Origin: an uncultured virus (IMG/VR IMGVR_UViG_3300027754_000076)
Lineage: Duplodnaviria > Heunggongvirae > Uroviricota > Caudoviricetes
Virus record (IMG/VR): IMGVR_UViG_3300027754_000076
Reading direction: 5' to 3' (one strand)
Length of the DNA stretch: 20,000 nucleotides
The stretch's first letter is position 1, and the number at the start of each line of letters is the position of its first letter. The position numbers and the translations under genes are program-made. A model generated the notes under the pieces. The model was not told the DNA's origin, ran no database searches, and saw nothing but the letters and a program-made list of their open reading frames with translations. Shown here one piece after another: positions 1 through 8,326 of this stretch.

Positions 1-2256
1 CGTGCCGCCAACCGTGGCGGCACCAGCCACGGTGATCGTGCTGGGGAAGGTTGCCGTATTCAGAATGACCGCGTTGGCCGTGCTGTCGAATGCCTGCGAT
101 GAATACGGTCTAGAATAGGTGCCAAGGACGGTTCCGGCGACGACTGGATAATTTCCTGCCGTTACCAGCGAAAGATTAAGCGTTCCACCCGCTTTGGCGT
201 AGTCGCTTATCTTCACCGGGCCGATGCTCATGGACGACCCAGCATAGTTGGGGTTGCACAGGGTCGCCGTGTAGCCCGGCCCGACGCCGGAACTGATAAG
301 CTGCATCGCCCCGACACTCATCCCTCCCGCCGCCGATTGCTTGAAAATCTGATAACTGCCCGTGGATGTAATACACTCAAGATGAAGTTGGTCGAACGAA
401 AGCACATTGGCTGACGAGTCGATGAATGGACCCGCCGGGAAATTGACATGCTCGAAGTCTGCACCAATAAACGAAACGGTGGTATTGACTCCGAGTTGTA
501 TGGGCGCTTCGGCAAGGATTCCATCCGCGAAGGCGATTGTGCCGGTAGTTCCGGTGATAGTTCCGGGGTCGGAGTTCATCGACAGGCCGATCTGATTGCC
601 GCTGATCGTGCTGATGAAATAGCGGTTGTTGATCGCGCTCTGAGAAGTCGTCAGAGTGACCAGCAGGTTAGTGTTGAACACCGGAGGAATCGTGCCCGTA
701 AAATACACTGTCAGATTCGTGCCCGCCGACTTGACAACGTTTGTTACCGTTACGCTGTTTGATGTTATGTTAGCGCCGCCTTGAAAGTATGGGTGGTTGA
801 ATTGAAGCGTGGTTCCAGCTCCGGGCCATTTAATCCACGCACGCTTGACATTGTTGACGTATAGATTGTTAAAGGTGTGCTGCCATGTGCTGTCCGTAGA
901 AAGGCAACCAACGCTGTAATTATGGCCACTAAGACCAACTCCATTCACCTCGTTTTCAGAACTAAGAGACTCAAAATAAACCCCGAAAGAGTTTGTTTCG
1001 GTTGAGGCAGGATTAGATAAAATGGTCAGGTAAACGTCTTCCAGTTTTGATTTGATCGTGTTGGCAGCGAAAACCCAGTTCGGACTGTTGGCGGTCGTGA
1101 TTGTGATCGTGGTGGTTCCGGGGTCTTGATATTTCCCGCCCGCACCCTTGAACCAAAGCCCGGCGCGGTTGGTCGGTGTCAGAGATGTATAAAAGTTTCC
1201 CGGCCCAGCCGCGAGCTTGGCAGTCACGCCTGCCGTGGATGCGCCATGATAGGCCAGCGCGTTGGTAAAGGCCGTGGCGTTGTCCGTCGCCCCGTCGCCG
1301 ACGGCCCCATACCATTCGATGTAGGCCGGGCCGTTGTATTTCGCAAGGAATCGCCCGCTTCCCATTGCTGTGGCGACAAAGATTTCCCCAAGGTTAGCCG
1401 TGGCCGTCGATGACGAAGAATAAAGAAACAGGGGCATCTTGGTGTCGCCGGATGCGGTTCTGCCCTGCGGTTGCACAAGATCTCCGTTGATCAGGCCGGT
1501 CAATGCCTGCATCGCAGCGACGGTGGCGACTTGGCGCACACGGGCGGCTGCGGCCGCCGACGTGGTGGTCGCACTGGCCACGTCGGTCACGTCCACCGTG
1601 CCGCTGACGATGGACTTGGTGGTCGAGTGTTTGCCGATGATCTTGCCCGAGGTTACGGTCGTGCCAAGTTGCAACGATTCGAGCGGGACAAACTTCACCT
1701 GCCCCGTGGTCGGGTCGGTCAATACCGGGACCGCATTGGTGGTCAATGAGAAGCTCGCGATTTCCGGCGTGTTGAAATAGAGATTCGTGTAACTGGTGAT
1801 AAAGAGATTACCGCCGGCGATGGTCGCGTCCTGCACGCCATACCAGTTGATATGGTTCGCCTGGCTGTTCTGGATGTAGTCGAAGTTTTGCAGCGAGAAG
1901 CTGCGCGGCCAGGTGCCGCCGCCGCCGCCGGGGATGCCGTCAAAGGTCAGGCTGCCGTTGGTCACGATGACCGTGCCCCAGATCTTGGGGGCGTAAAGCA
2001 GGGCGTTGGTGGTGGTGAGCCCATTGGTGGCGGCGACGGAATTGAGCGTCGATGCCAGGGTGAGCAGCGAGATTCCCTTGAGACCGTAGGTGGCGTCATC
2101 GAGGGCCACGCGGCCGTTGGTGGTCGTGGTGGTGGCGAGCGGGAGATCCTTGATGCGGGTCTGCGCGGCCACGCGCGGGCAGCCGGGCGCGAGCGCAGAC
2201 AGGAGCACGGCGAGCCGGAAAATCCACGCGGAGAAAGGACGGACGGCGCAAGGCAT
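1..2256 (-). CDS. Tailspike/receptor-binding protein with pectate-lyase-3-like beta-helix entry motif; 3'-truncated by the window edge (at least 752 aa)
   Basis: Manually translated: ATG at 2256, open to position 1 (absent from the ORF track because there is no stop). MPCAVRPFSAWIFRLAVLL...AQTRIKDLPLATT...; motif WYGAVGDGATDNATAFTNAL at about 1255-1314; T/N/G/S-rich; preceded by the conserved upstream box. Confidence 0.8.
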   Translation of the reverse strand, partial: MPCAVRPFSAWIFRLAVLLSALAPGCPRVAAQTRIKDLPLATTTTTNGRVALDDATYGLKGISLLTLASTLNSVAATNGLTTTNALLYAPKIWGTVIVTNGSLTFDGIPGGGGGTWPRSFSLQNFDYIQNSQANHINWYGVQDATIAGGNLFITSYTNLYFNTPEIASFSLTTNAVPVLTDPTTGQVKFVPLESLQLGTTVTSGKIIGKHSTTKSIVSGTVDVTDVASATTTSAAAAARVRQVATVAAMQALTGLINGDLVQPQGRTASGDTKMPLFLYSSSSTATANLGEIFVATAMGSGRFLAKYNGPAYIEWYGAVGDGATDNATAFTNALAYHGASTAGVTAKLAAGPGNFYTSLTPTNRAGLWFKGAGGKYQDPGTTTITITTANSPNWVFAANTIKSKLEDVYLTILSNPASTETNSFGVYFESLSSENEVNGVGLSGHNYSVGCLSTDSTWQHTFNNLYVNNVKRAWIKWPGAGTTLQFNHPYFQGGANITSNSVTVTNVVKSAGTNLTVYFTGTIPPVFNTNLLVTLTTSQSAINNRYFISTISGNQIGLSMNSDPGTITGTTGTIAFADGILAEAPIQLGVNTTVSFIGADFEHVNFPAGPFIDSSANVLSFDQLHLECITSTGSYQIFKQSAAGGMSVGAMQLISSGVGPGYTATLCNPNYAGSSMSIGPVKISDYAKAGGTLNLSLVTAGNYPVVAGTVLGTYSRPYSSQAFDSTANAVILNTATFPSTITVAGAATVGGT

Positions 2257-2288
2257 CTTAATGGATGCGGCGCGTGTATAGGGTCGGG
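2257..2288 (-). promoter_or_regulatory. Conserved upstream motif copy 1 (CCCGACCCTATAC-N14-TTAAG-ATG)
   Basis: + strand cttaa at 2257 and gtatagggtcggg at 2276-2288; box edge 20 nt from the ATG at 2256. Confidence 0.65.
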
Positions 2289-2297
2289 CGGCGGGGG

Positions 2298-2389
2298 AAG
2301 AAGTAATCAGTGGTCAGTGATCAGTGGTCAGTAAACAGTGGTGCGGCGGCTGATTACTGATTACTGATCACTGATTACTTCCCCTCTTC
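2298..2389. repeat. Heptamer (CAGTRRT-type) tandem array plus inverted array (hairpin)
   Basis: gaagtaatcagtggtcagtgatcagtggtcagt ... ctgattactgattactgatcactgattacttc. Confidence 0.9.
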
Positions 2390-2590
2390 TCACCACAGGG
2401 CGGCAGGGCAGGAGCGCTGCTTGCGCCATGGTTGGACGCGCACGGCGTTGGTCGGGCAACCGCAGGACCGGGAGGGATGGCGGCAGATTTCAGCGGCCAG
2501 CCATTCGCAGCCCTGGCAGATTTTCTCGCGTTCGAGCGTGCGGTCGATCTGCCGGCCCAGGCGGGCGGTGCCGCGGAAGATCAGTTTCAT
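2390..2590 (-). CDS. Small Cys-rich hypothetical protein (66 aa), possibly metal binding
   Basis: ATGA overlap with the stop of the upstream 1296-aa gene; CxxC...C...CGC...CPxxxW pattern typical of small phage Cys-rich proteins. Confidence 0.7.
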   Translation of the reverse strand: MKLIFRGTARLGRQIDRTLEREKICQGCEWLAAEICRHPSRSCGCPTNAVRVQPWRKQRSCPAALW

Positions 2591-5500
2591 GCGAGGGGCA
2601 CGTTGAGGATGATGGCGTCCTGGTCGATGGGCGCGAAATACAGAGAGGCATTGCTAGCCGTGCAACAGTCGGTGGGGCCGGCCACGTTCTTGGCGATGAC
2701 GAAGACGCCGGACGGACCGACCGCGGTGTGCAGCGTGCCCGTGGCGGACACGAAACGGCACGTCGTCACGTCCACGACCTCGGTGGAGTATTTCCAAGCA
2801 TAGACGCCGCCGTTGACCGTCAGCCAGGCGCCCGCGCTGTTGCAGGCCGTGCCGTCGGCCAGGAGCACGATGGATGATTTCGGCGTCTCGGTGGTGACGG
2901 TGTATTTCGTGAGCAGCTCGCCGTTGGTCGCGAGCATGTCGGACCACGCGGGCTGAAAGGCGTTGGCGGCGTTGGCATCGACCAGCGACCAGCGCCATTT
3001 CTGATCACGGCGAAAGGCATTCAAATACCACGCACCGCCACCGGGGCAGACCGTCAGATCGGGTCGGGCGCCGGCGGTGGACTGGCAATAGGTCGCGGCG
3101 GAATAGCCCACGTCCGCGCCGGTGGCGACATCGCCCGGTGTGGCGCTGCCGTAGCCGCGCAGATTGCCGATGGTCGTGCAGGAGAGCGCGGAGCCGTCGG
3201 CGGCGTTGTAGCCGTTGAACGTGACCGGCAGGCCCGTGTTGGTCGTGCCCACGTCGGTCTCGAACTGATACGGCACCATCACCCGGAAACGGGTCAGCAG
3301 ATTGCAGATGCGCGCGAGCCAGTTGAACTGCTCGGCGGCGCAGAGGGTGGCGGGCACCACGCCGTAACCGCTCGGGGCATCGGTGCGGGCATCGGCGGCA
3401 GGGATGCGCGTGGTGGGCGTGGCCGCGAGCGCGGGCACCCAGGCGAGGCCGTTGGCATCGAAACAGGCATTCGGCCACGTGTAGTCAAACACGCTCTCGT
3501 AGCCCAGCGTGCAGCCCATCTCTTCGGTCGTGCGGCCATCGACGCAGCCTTCGCACATCAGCCGCAGATAAAGCTCCGCCGTGCTCAGGGCATCAGAGCG
3601 CAACGGCGAGTCGGCATCGCTGGGGCTGTTGTTCGTGTCCTCGTAGGGTTTTTCGAGCAGCTTGACGAAGTAGAACGACGGGTAGCAGGTCGCCGTGGGC
3701 TTGTCCGGGTAAGTCTGCACCACGGAGTTCTTCGCCTGGTCGCCGAGTTTCCATGTGGGCGTGTGGGCGTGCTCGCTGGCGAGGTAGTCGCGGAGGCCAT
3801 TCTCGTCGGTGCGGTAGGCTTCGGCATCGAGGTTGGCCAGATTCCACGTGGTGTAATCCGAAGAAATATCCCCGGCAGCCAGAGCGGTCGGCGTGCAGTG
3901 AAGCCGGCCCGAAAGCGTGACCTTGACCAGCGTGGTGTTGCCTTCGCCGGCCACGGTCTCGGTCTTCTCGACTTGGAGGCAGGGCTCGTAAAGGCGGCAG
4001 CTTGAATAAAAGTCCGCCGTGGCGGAGGCGTTGGTCGCGTAGCCTCCGGCCTTGGCGTAGCGGTAGGAGGTCGGCGCTTCCGGGGCGAGCCAGATTTTCT
4101 CGCCCTGGGCAAACTGCCAGCGGAGATCCGCGGGCAGTGTGGTGGCGTTGTAGTCGGGGTAAAACTGGCAGCGCTCGGAAAACGCGAAGTAGTCCGAATA
4201 TGCGCCCGGCTTCCAGATCGAGGATTCGTTCGCCCGGTAGGCTTTCAGTTGCAGGCCCATGACCCATTCGCGGGATTCGCCGGTCGGCTCGGCGTTCGCG
4301 CGGATGCCGTTGGCCTCATACACCAGCCCGTTGCCGGTGTAGTTCAGATCGTCGCGCCCGGCGGTGAAGGTGGTGCCGGCGGGATAATACGCGCCCGCAT
4401 AGCCGACGCCGCCGGTGGTCACTTTGTAGGTGCGACCCCATACCAGCGAACCGCTCGCGATGGGCGTGAGCGCGGGGCCGAGATCGTCGAAAATATCACC
4501 CGCCACCGGCGTGGACAGCGACGGCGGCAGCGTGATGGGCGCGGACAGGAACACCTTGGACCCGGCAAAGTTGACCGTGTAGCCGGTGACCGCGGCGAGG
4601 CCGGTGAAAGTCTGCCCGTCGGTGTAGGTCACGGCGTTGTAATCAATCGATGAACTCGCGCCGGCGCCGCCCACGATGTAGATAGTGTCGGCCGAGATTT
4701 CGCCGGTGGGCACTTCGTTGCTGGGCGGGGCCGTGCCGCCGCTCTGATACGCGCCGAGGCCGTAGCCGTAGGCGAAGCGATTGAACCACAGGCACGACTT
4801 GCCATTCTCGACGGCGTAGGCGGTGAGCTGGAAACGGTTCAGCAGGCGCACGCGCTTCGAGAGCTGGCGGGCGGATTCCATCACGGCGTTGGTGTTGATT
4901 TCGCCGAGCCCTTCGTAAAGTTGGACCGCATCATCGCGGTTGATGATGGCGCCCCACCGGAAATAATTGTCGCCGAGGGTCTTCGCCGATTCTTCGGTCA
5001 GACCGCTGCCGTCGGTGCCGTCGGTGGGCACCGTGCGCGCGCCGGCGAGGCGCAGGACAAGCGTCCAGTCGTGATGTTGCGGCAGATAGTCGAGCAGCTC
5101 GGCCAGCTCCACCAGGAGGCCGCCGGAGGCGCTGGTGAGCCGGGCGCCGCTCTCCACCTTGAACGTCAGCGCGCCGGTGGCGGGGGCATCGAGGACGAGC
5201 ACGTCCTCGGCATGGCCTCCCGCGTCCGGGGTCAGGGTAACTCTCCCAACCTCGACCCCGGCCGCGAAAATGACAATGGTCGCCGCTTCGGCGAGCTTCT
5301 CCGCCCCGAACAGCACCGCCGGCACGACGAAGCCCGCAGCGACATAGTGCGTGGTGGCCCCGGTGGCGCGGTTGTGCAGCGCCTGATTGCCGGGCACGTT
5401 GGTGGCCCCGGTGAACTCATACACCGGATACTCCACCGCGACCGTCTCGGGGTCGGTCTGCACGCCGAGCGCGGGGGCGAGCAGGTATTGCGAGGTAAAG

Positions 5501-6477
5501 AAACCCTGCGTCCAGAAGCCGACTTTGCGAACGGAGGAGGTGAGCCGTTGCGCCTCGGTGCCGCGGAACTGGCTGGCGAAATGATTCAGCACGCGCGCAG
5601 GGAATTCCCCGTCGTGCTTCATCAGCCGGGCGCCGCTGGCATAGGGCCCCTCGATGTAGTAACGGCGATCGAGGTAATCCACCGCGCCGGAATTCAGCAC
5701 CACCACGAAGGCCCACGGGTAACGATAGACGAAGGCCACGTCGGTGCTGGGGCCGTAGGGATCGAGGCAGCTTCCGGTGTAGGTCTTGGTGGCGTAACCG
5801 GCGGCAATCCCCGCGGCGGTCGCGGTGAAAAAGTAGGCGTAAGACCGCGTGCCCACGTTGGTGCTGGTGGCGTCGCCGCACGGGCCGAGGTCTTCCGGCG
5901 TGGGCGCATATCCGCCGTAGCTTTTGCCGTGGGGCGAGGTGGCGGCGGTGACAATGCGGAACTGCGAACGGGCCGCGGTGAAGCTCGGCGAATTAAGCAG
6001 GCCCGTGGCGGGGTCGTAACCGCCGCGCTGTTCCTTCGCGAGCTGCCAGTAATACTGCGCCGTGCCTTTCGCCGCGGTGGTGGCCTGCGGGATGAGCGGC
6101 ACGCCGCCCGCGCCGGGATCGCTCAGGCGGATGGATTCGCTGTCGAGATCGGCGGCCTCCACCCCGAAGACAAAGGCGGGCATGATGCTCGCCACGTTGA
6201 CGCCGGCGGGATCACCGGGGCCGGTCTCCGGCCACGTCGCATCGGTGGGCGCGATGCTCTGATAGAATTCGAGGAATTCGCCCCGGGCGGGCCAGAGGTA
6301 GCCGTCGGGGTTGCGGATCTGCGAGAGGCAGGAATAGAAGTAATACGCGATCCGCCAGGGTTCGCAGAGGCCGGAGGTGAGGCGGGCGTTGATGCCATTC
6401 GCCAGAGCGACGAGTTGCGCACTGTCGAAGACCTCGCCCGCCGCCACGGTGGGCACGCGCGGGAAGGTGATGGCCAC
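2587..6477 (-). CDS. Large putative virion structural protein (1296 aa)
   Basis: Long ORF with GTG start 4 nt after the upstream stop; A/T/G/Y-rich; lies between the neck genes and the tailspike. No family recognised. Confidence 0.75.
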   Translation of the reverse strand: MAITFPRVPTVAAGEVFDSAQLVALANGINARLTSGLCEPWRIAYYFYSCLSQIRNPDGYLWPARGEFLEFYQSIAPTDATWPETGPGDPAGVNVASIMPAFVFGVEAADLDSESIRLSDPGAGGVPLIPQATTAAKGTAQYYWQLAKEQRGGYDPATGLLNSPSFTAARSQFRIVTAATSPHGKSYGGYAPTPEDLGPCGDATSTNVGTRSYAYFFTATAAGIAAGYATKTYTGSCLDPYGPSTDVAFVYRYPWAFVVVLNSGAVDYLDRRYYIEGPYASGARLMKHDGEFPARVLNHFASQFRGTEAQRLTSSVRKVGFWTQGFFTSQYLLAPALGVQTDPETVAVEYPVYEFTGATNVPGNQALHNRATGATTHYVAAGFVVPAVLFGAEKLAEAATIVIFAAGVEVGRVTLTPDAGGHAEDVLVLDAPATGALTFKVESGARLTSASGGLLVELAELLDYLPQHHDWTLVLRLAGARTVPTDGTDGSGLTEESAKTLGDNYFRWGAIINRDDAVQLYEGLGEINTNAVMESARQLSKRVRLLNRFQLTAYAVENGKSCLWFNRFAYGYGLGAYQSGGTAPPSNEVPTGEISADTIYIVGGAGASSSIDYNAVTYTDGQTFTGLAAVTGYTVNFAGSKVFLSAPITLPPSLSTPVAGDIFDDLGPALTPIASGSLVWGRTYKVTTGGVGYAGAYYPAGTTFTAGRDDLNYTGNGLVYEANGIRANAEPTGESREWVMGLQLKAYRANESSIWKPGAYSDYFAFSERCQFYPDYNATTLPADLRWQFAQGEKIWLAPEAPTSYRYAKAGGYATNASATADFYSSCRLYEPCLQVEKTETVAGEGNTTLVKVTLSGRLHCTPTALAAGDISSDYTTWNLANLDAEAYRTDENGLRDYLASEHAHTPTWKLGDQAKNSVVQTYPDKPTATCYPSFYFVKLLEKPYEDTNNSPSDADSPLRSDALSTAELYLRLMCEGCVDGRTTEEMGCTLGYESVFDYTWPNACFDANGLAWVPALAATPTTRIPAADARTDAPSGYGVVPATLCAAEQFNWLARICNLLTRFRVMVPYQFETDVGTTNTGLPVTFNGYNAADGSALSCTTIGNLRGYGSATPGDVATGADVGYSAATYCQSTAGARPDLTVCPGGGAWYLNAFRRDQKWRWSLVDANAANAFQPAWSDMLATNGELLTKYTVTTETPKSSIVLLADGTACNSAGAWLTVNGGVYAWKYSTEVVDVTTCRFVSATGTLHTAVGPSGVFVIAKNVAGPTDCCTASNASLYFAPIDQDAIILNVPLA

Positions 6478-6481
6478 GGGA

Positions 6482-6868
6482 TCAGAAGCCTTCGACGACG
6501 ATCACATTGAGGCGCGCCGCGAGGGTGACGGCATAGACTTTGACGATCTTGGATGCCTCCACGCGGAACGGGCCGCAGGTTTCGCCACCGAACAGGATCA
6601 GCGGATAGGTGGCGCCGTCGTCAAAGGTCACTTTGACGTAATCGGTGGAGAGCGCGTTCTGATTGCGGAGCAGCACCCAGAACTGGGAGGCGGGAGCCAC
6701 GGTGCCGACCGGGATGGCGGTCTTCGTGGCGAGGGCGAAGTCATAGACATCGCCGACCATGTTATTGCCCGTCGTCATGGTCACGCTGCCCACGCTGGTG
6801 GCGTTGGTGACCGAGGAGCCGCCCTTGCTGGCTTCCAGTTTCGCCGTTACCTTAATCTCGTTTGCCAT
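6482..6868 (-). CDS. Putative small virion structural protein (128 aa, beta-rich)
   Basis: MANEIKVTAKL...; composition typical of virion proteins; preceded by the conserved upstream motif. Confidence 0.7.
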   Translation of the reverse strand: MANEIKVTAKLEASKGGSSVTNATSVGSVTMTTGNNMVGDVYDFALATKTAIPVGTVAPASQFWVLLRNQNALSTDYVKVTFDDGATYPLILFGGETCGPFRVEASKIVKVYAVTLAARLNVIVVEGF

Positions 6869-6900
6869 CTTAACCGATGGCGCGGGCGTATAGGGTCGGG
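6869..6900 (-). promoter_or_regulatory. Conserved upstream motif copy 2
   Basis: cttaa at 6869 and gtatagggtcggg at 6888-6900; same spacing as copy 1. Confidence 0.65.
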
Positions 6901-6906
6901 CGGGCG

Positions 6907-6956
6907 GAAGGAATCAGTGATCACTTTCTGACCACTGGCCACTGATCACTTCTTCC
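6907..6956. repeat. Short heptamer array, imperfect inverted pair
   Basis: gaaggaatcagtgatca ... tgaccactggccactgatcacttcttcc; overlaps the stop codon at 6946. Confidence 0.7.
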
Positions 6957-7785
6957 CTACACGCTCTTTGCGGATCAGGGCGCGGATGGTGCGCTCGATG
7001 TATTGGGGAAAACTGCGGTGCATGCCGGCGGTCGCCATCTCCATGATGCGGAGTTCGGCGCCGGTGGCCTGCAACCAGCCGATGGTGTTGCCGACTTTGA
7101 CGGCGGGCTTCTCGTTGCCGCCGCTGCGTTGGAAGAGTCCGTGCCCGTGCTCCTGCCGCAGCCAGCCGGGGAGTTTGCCGCCGAGCGCGAGGTAGGCGCG
7201 CGCCCAGCCGCTCTTGGCGTAGCCGATGAATTTCAGTTTTCGTTTTGTGAAATCCGCGGCCGAGCCGGCGTGCTGCACGAAGAAAGATTTTCCACCCTGC
7301 CCGCGCGTGAGCACGCGGCCGCGCCGGTTACGGTTGGCGTCGTGCAACGGGCGCGTGACCCAGCCGACGGCGCGCTCTTTCCAGTGGCCCCGCTCCAACA
7401 GTTGGTTGGCGAGCGTGACATTCCCCTGACGCAACGCCTGGGCGATGGCCCGCGAAAGCCGTTTGCCTTTTTCGGTGCCGCCTTCGCTGCGGAACACGCC
7501 CGCTTTTTCCCACGCCTTGAACAGCTTTCCGAGATCCTTGCTGACCGCATTATTGCCCACGGCGCGCTGCTCGCCCCAGCTCGCGGGCTTCTCGGTGTCG
7601 AGCCCCTGGGCGGCGCGGTTCTCCTTGCGCTTGGGATCGAAGGGCGGCGTGAGCATGATGGCGTTTCGCACCACCACGCGGGCGGCCTGGTCGAGCACGG
7701 CGGGCAGCGTCTTCTTCGTCGCCGCGGCGAGCCGGCGGAGATCGTTCTCAAACTGCGCGCTGTCGAGCCGGGCTTTGAAACTCAT
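6946..7785 (-). CDS. Basic neck/tail-completion-type protein (279 aa; HK97 gp10/minor-tail-like position)
   Basis: R/K-rich; N-terminus (FENDLRRLAAATKKTLPAVLDQAARVVVRNAIMLTPP) resembles neck proteins; follows the head-closure gene. Confidence 0.55.
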   Translation of the reverse strand: MSFKARLDSAQFENDLRRLAAATKKTLPAVLDQAARVVVRNAIMLTPPFDPKRKENRAAQGLDTEKPASWGEQRAVGNNAVSKDLGKLFKAWEKAGVFRSEGGTEKGKRLSRAIAQALRQGNVTLANQLLERGHWKERAVGWVTRPLHDANRNRRGRVLTRGQGGKSFFVQHAGSAADFTKRKLKFIGYAKSGWARAYLALGGKLPGWLRQEHGHGLFQRSGGNEKPAVKVGNTIGWLQATGAELRIMEMATAGMHRSFPQYIERTIRALIRKERVGKK

Positions 7786-7795
7786 ATGGGGAGGA

Positions 7796-7853
7796 GAAGT
7801 AATCAGTGATCAGTGGTCAGTGATCAGTGGTCAGTGATCAGTGATCAGTGATC
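7796..7853. repeat. Heptamer tandem array, about 8 units
   Basis: aagtaat cagtgat cagtggt cagtgat cagtggt cagtgat cagtgat cagtgat. Confidence 0.95.
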
Positions 7854-7855
7854 TT

Positions 7856-8173
7856 TTACTGGTTCACGCCTTGGAGGAGAAAGACCCAGCCGCTGCCGTC
7901 GCGGTGGAGTTCGGCGATGGTGTAGGTGTGGCCGTCGCAGTAAAGACGGGTGCCGGTGCGGGGCAGGGTGAGGCCGTCGAACTGGCTGGCGTGCGCCATG
8001 AGGGTGGCGTCGATCTGCAGCTCGAAGCCGCCGGCGGCGAGCTTGGTCCGCTTGCGGTGGGCATCGACCACGCCGGTGTAGAGCGTGGTGGCGCCGTCGA
8101 GCTTAAAGGTGCGGCCGGCGACGGCGGCGGCGTGCGCGGTGGCGGTGTCGCAAAGAGTGTCAAAGGCGTTCAT
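7856..8173 (-). CDS. Head-tail joining/head-closure protein (lambda gpFII-like, 105 aa)
   Basis: Size, position after the capsid gene, C-terminal PRTGTRLYCDGHTYTIAELHRDGSGWVFLL pattern. Confidence 0.65.
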   Translation of the reverse strand: MNAFDTLCDTATAHAAAVAGRTFKLDGATTLYTGVVDAHRKRTKLAAGGFELQIDATLMAHASQFDGLTLPRTGTRLYCDGHTYTIAELHRDGSGWVFLLQGVNQ

Positions 8174-8245
8174 AGGGAGCGGGGAGCAGAGAGCAGGGAA
8201 CAGGGAGCGGGGAGCGGGGAGCAGTAAGCAGTGATCAGTAATCAG
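8174..8245. repeat. Heptamer array of a second type (CAGGGAG) grading into the CAGTRAT type
   Basis: agggagc ggggagc agagagc agggaac agggagc ggggagc ggggagc agtaagc agtgatc agtaatc. Confidence 0.9.
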
Positions 8246-8288
8246 ATATAAAAAGGCCGCCGAAGGGGGACAAATCCTTCGGCGGCCT
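8246..8288 (-). terminator. Rho-independent terminator after the major capsid gene
   Basis: 13-bp stem aggccgccgaagg (8254-8266) / ccttcggcggcct (8276-8288) followed on the minus strand by a T tract. Confidence 0.85.
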
Positions 8289-8326
8289 GGCCCCGAGGGG
8301 CGCGGTGGGTGCGGTGGTGCGGGAGA

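Noticed and set aside
176..2334. Numerous short track ORFs in the first 2.3 kb
   Set aside because: All overlap the continuous minus-strand tailspike-like frame 2256-1.
4921..6510. 529-aa plus-strand ORF
   Set aside because: Antisense shadow of the 1296-aa gene in high-GC DNA; no motifs.
7796..7853. Heptamer arrays as CRISPR repeats
   Set aside because: Contiguous 7-nt tandem units with no spacers.
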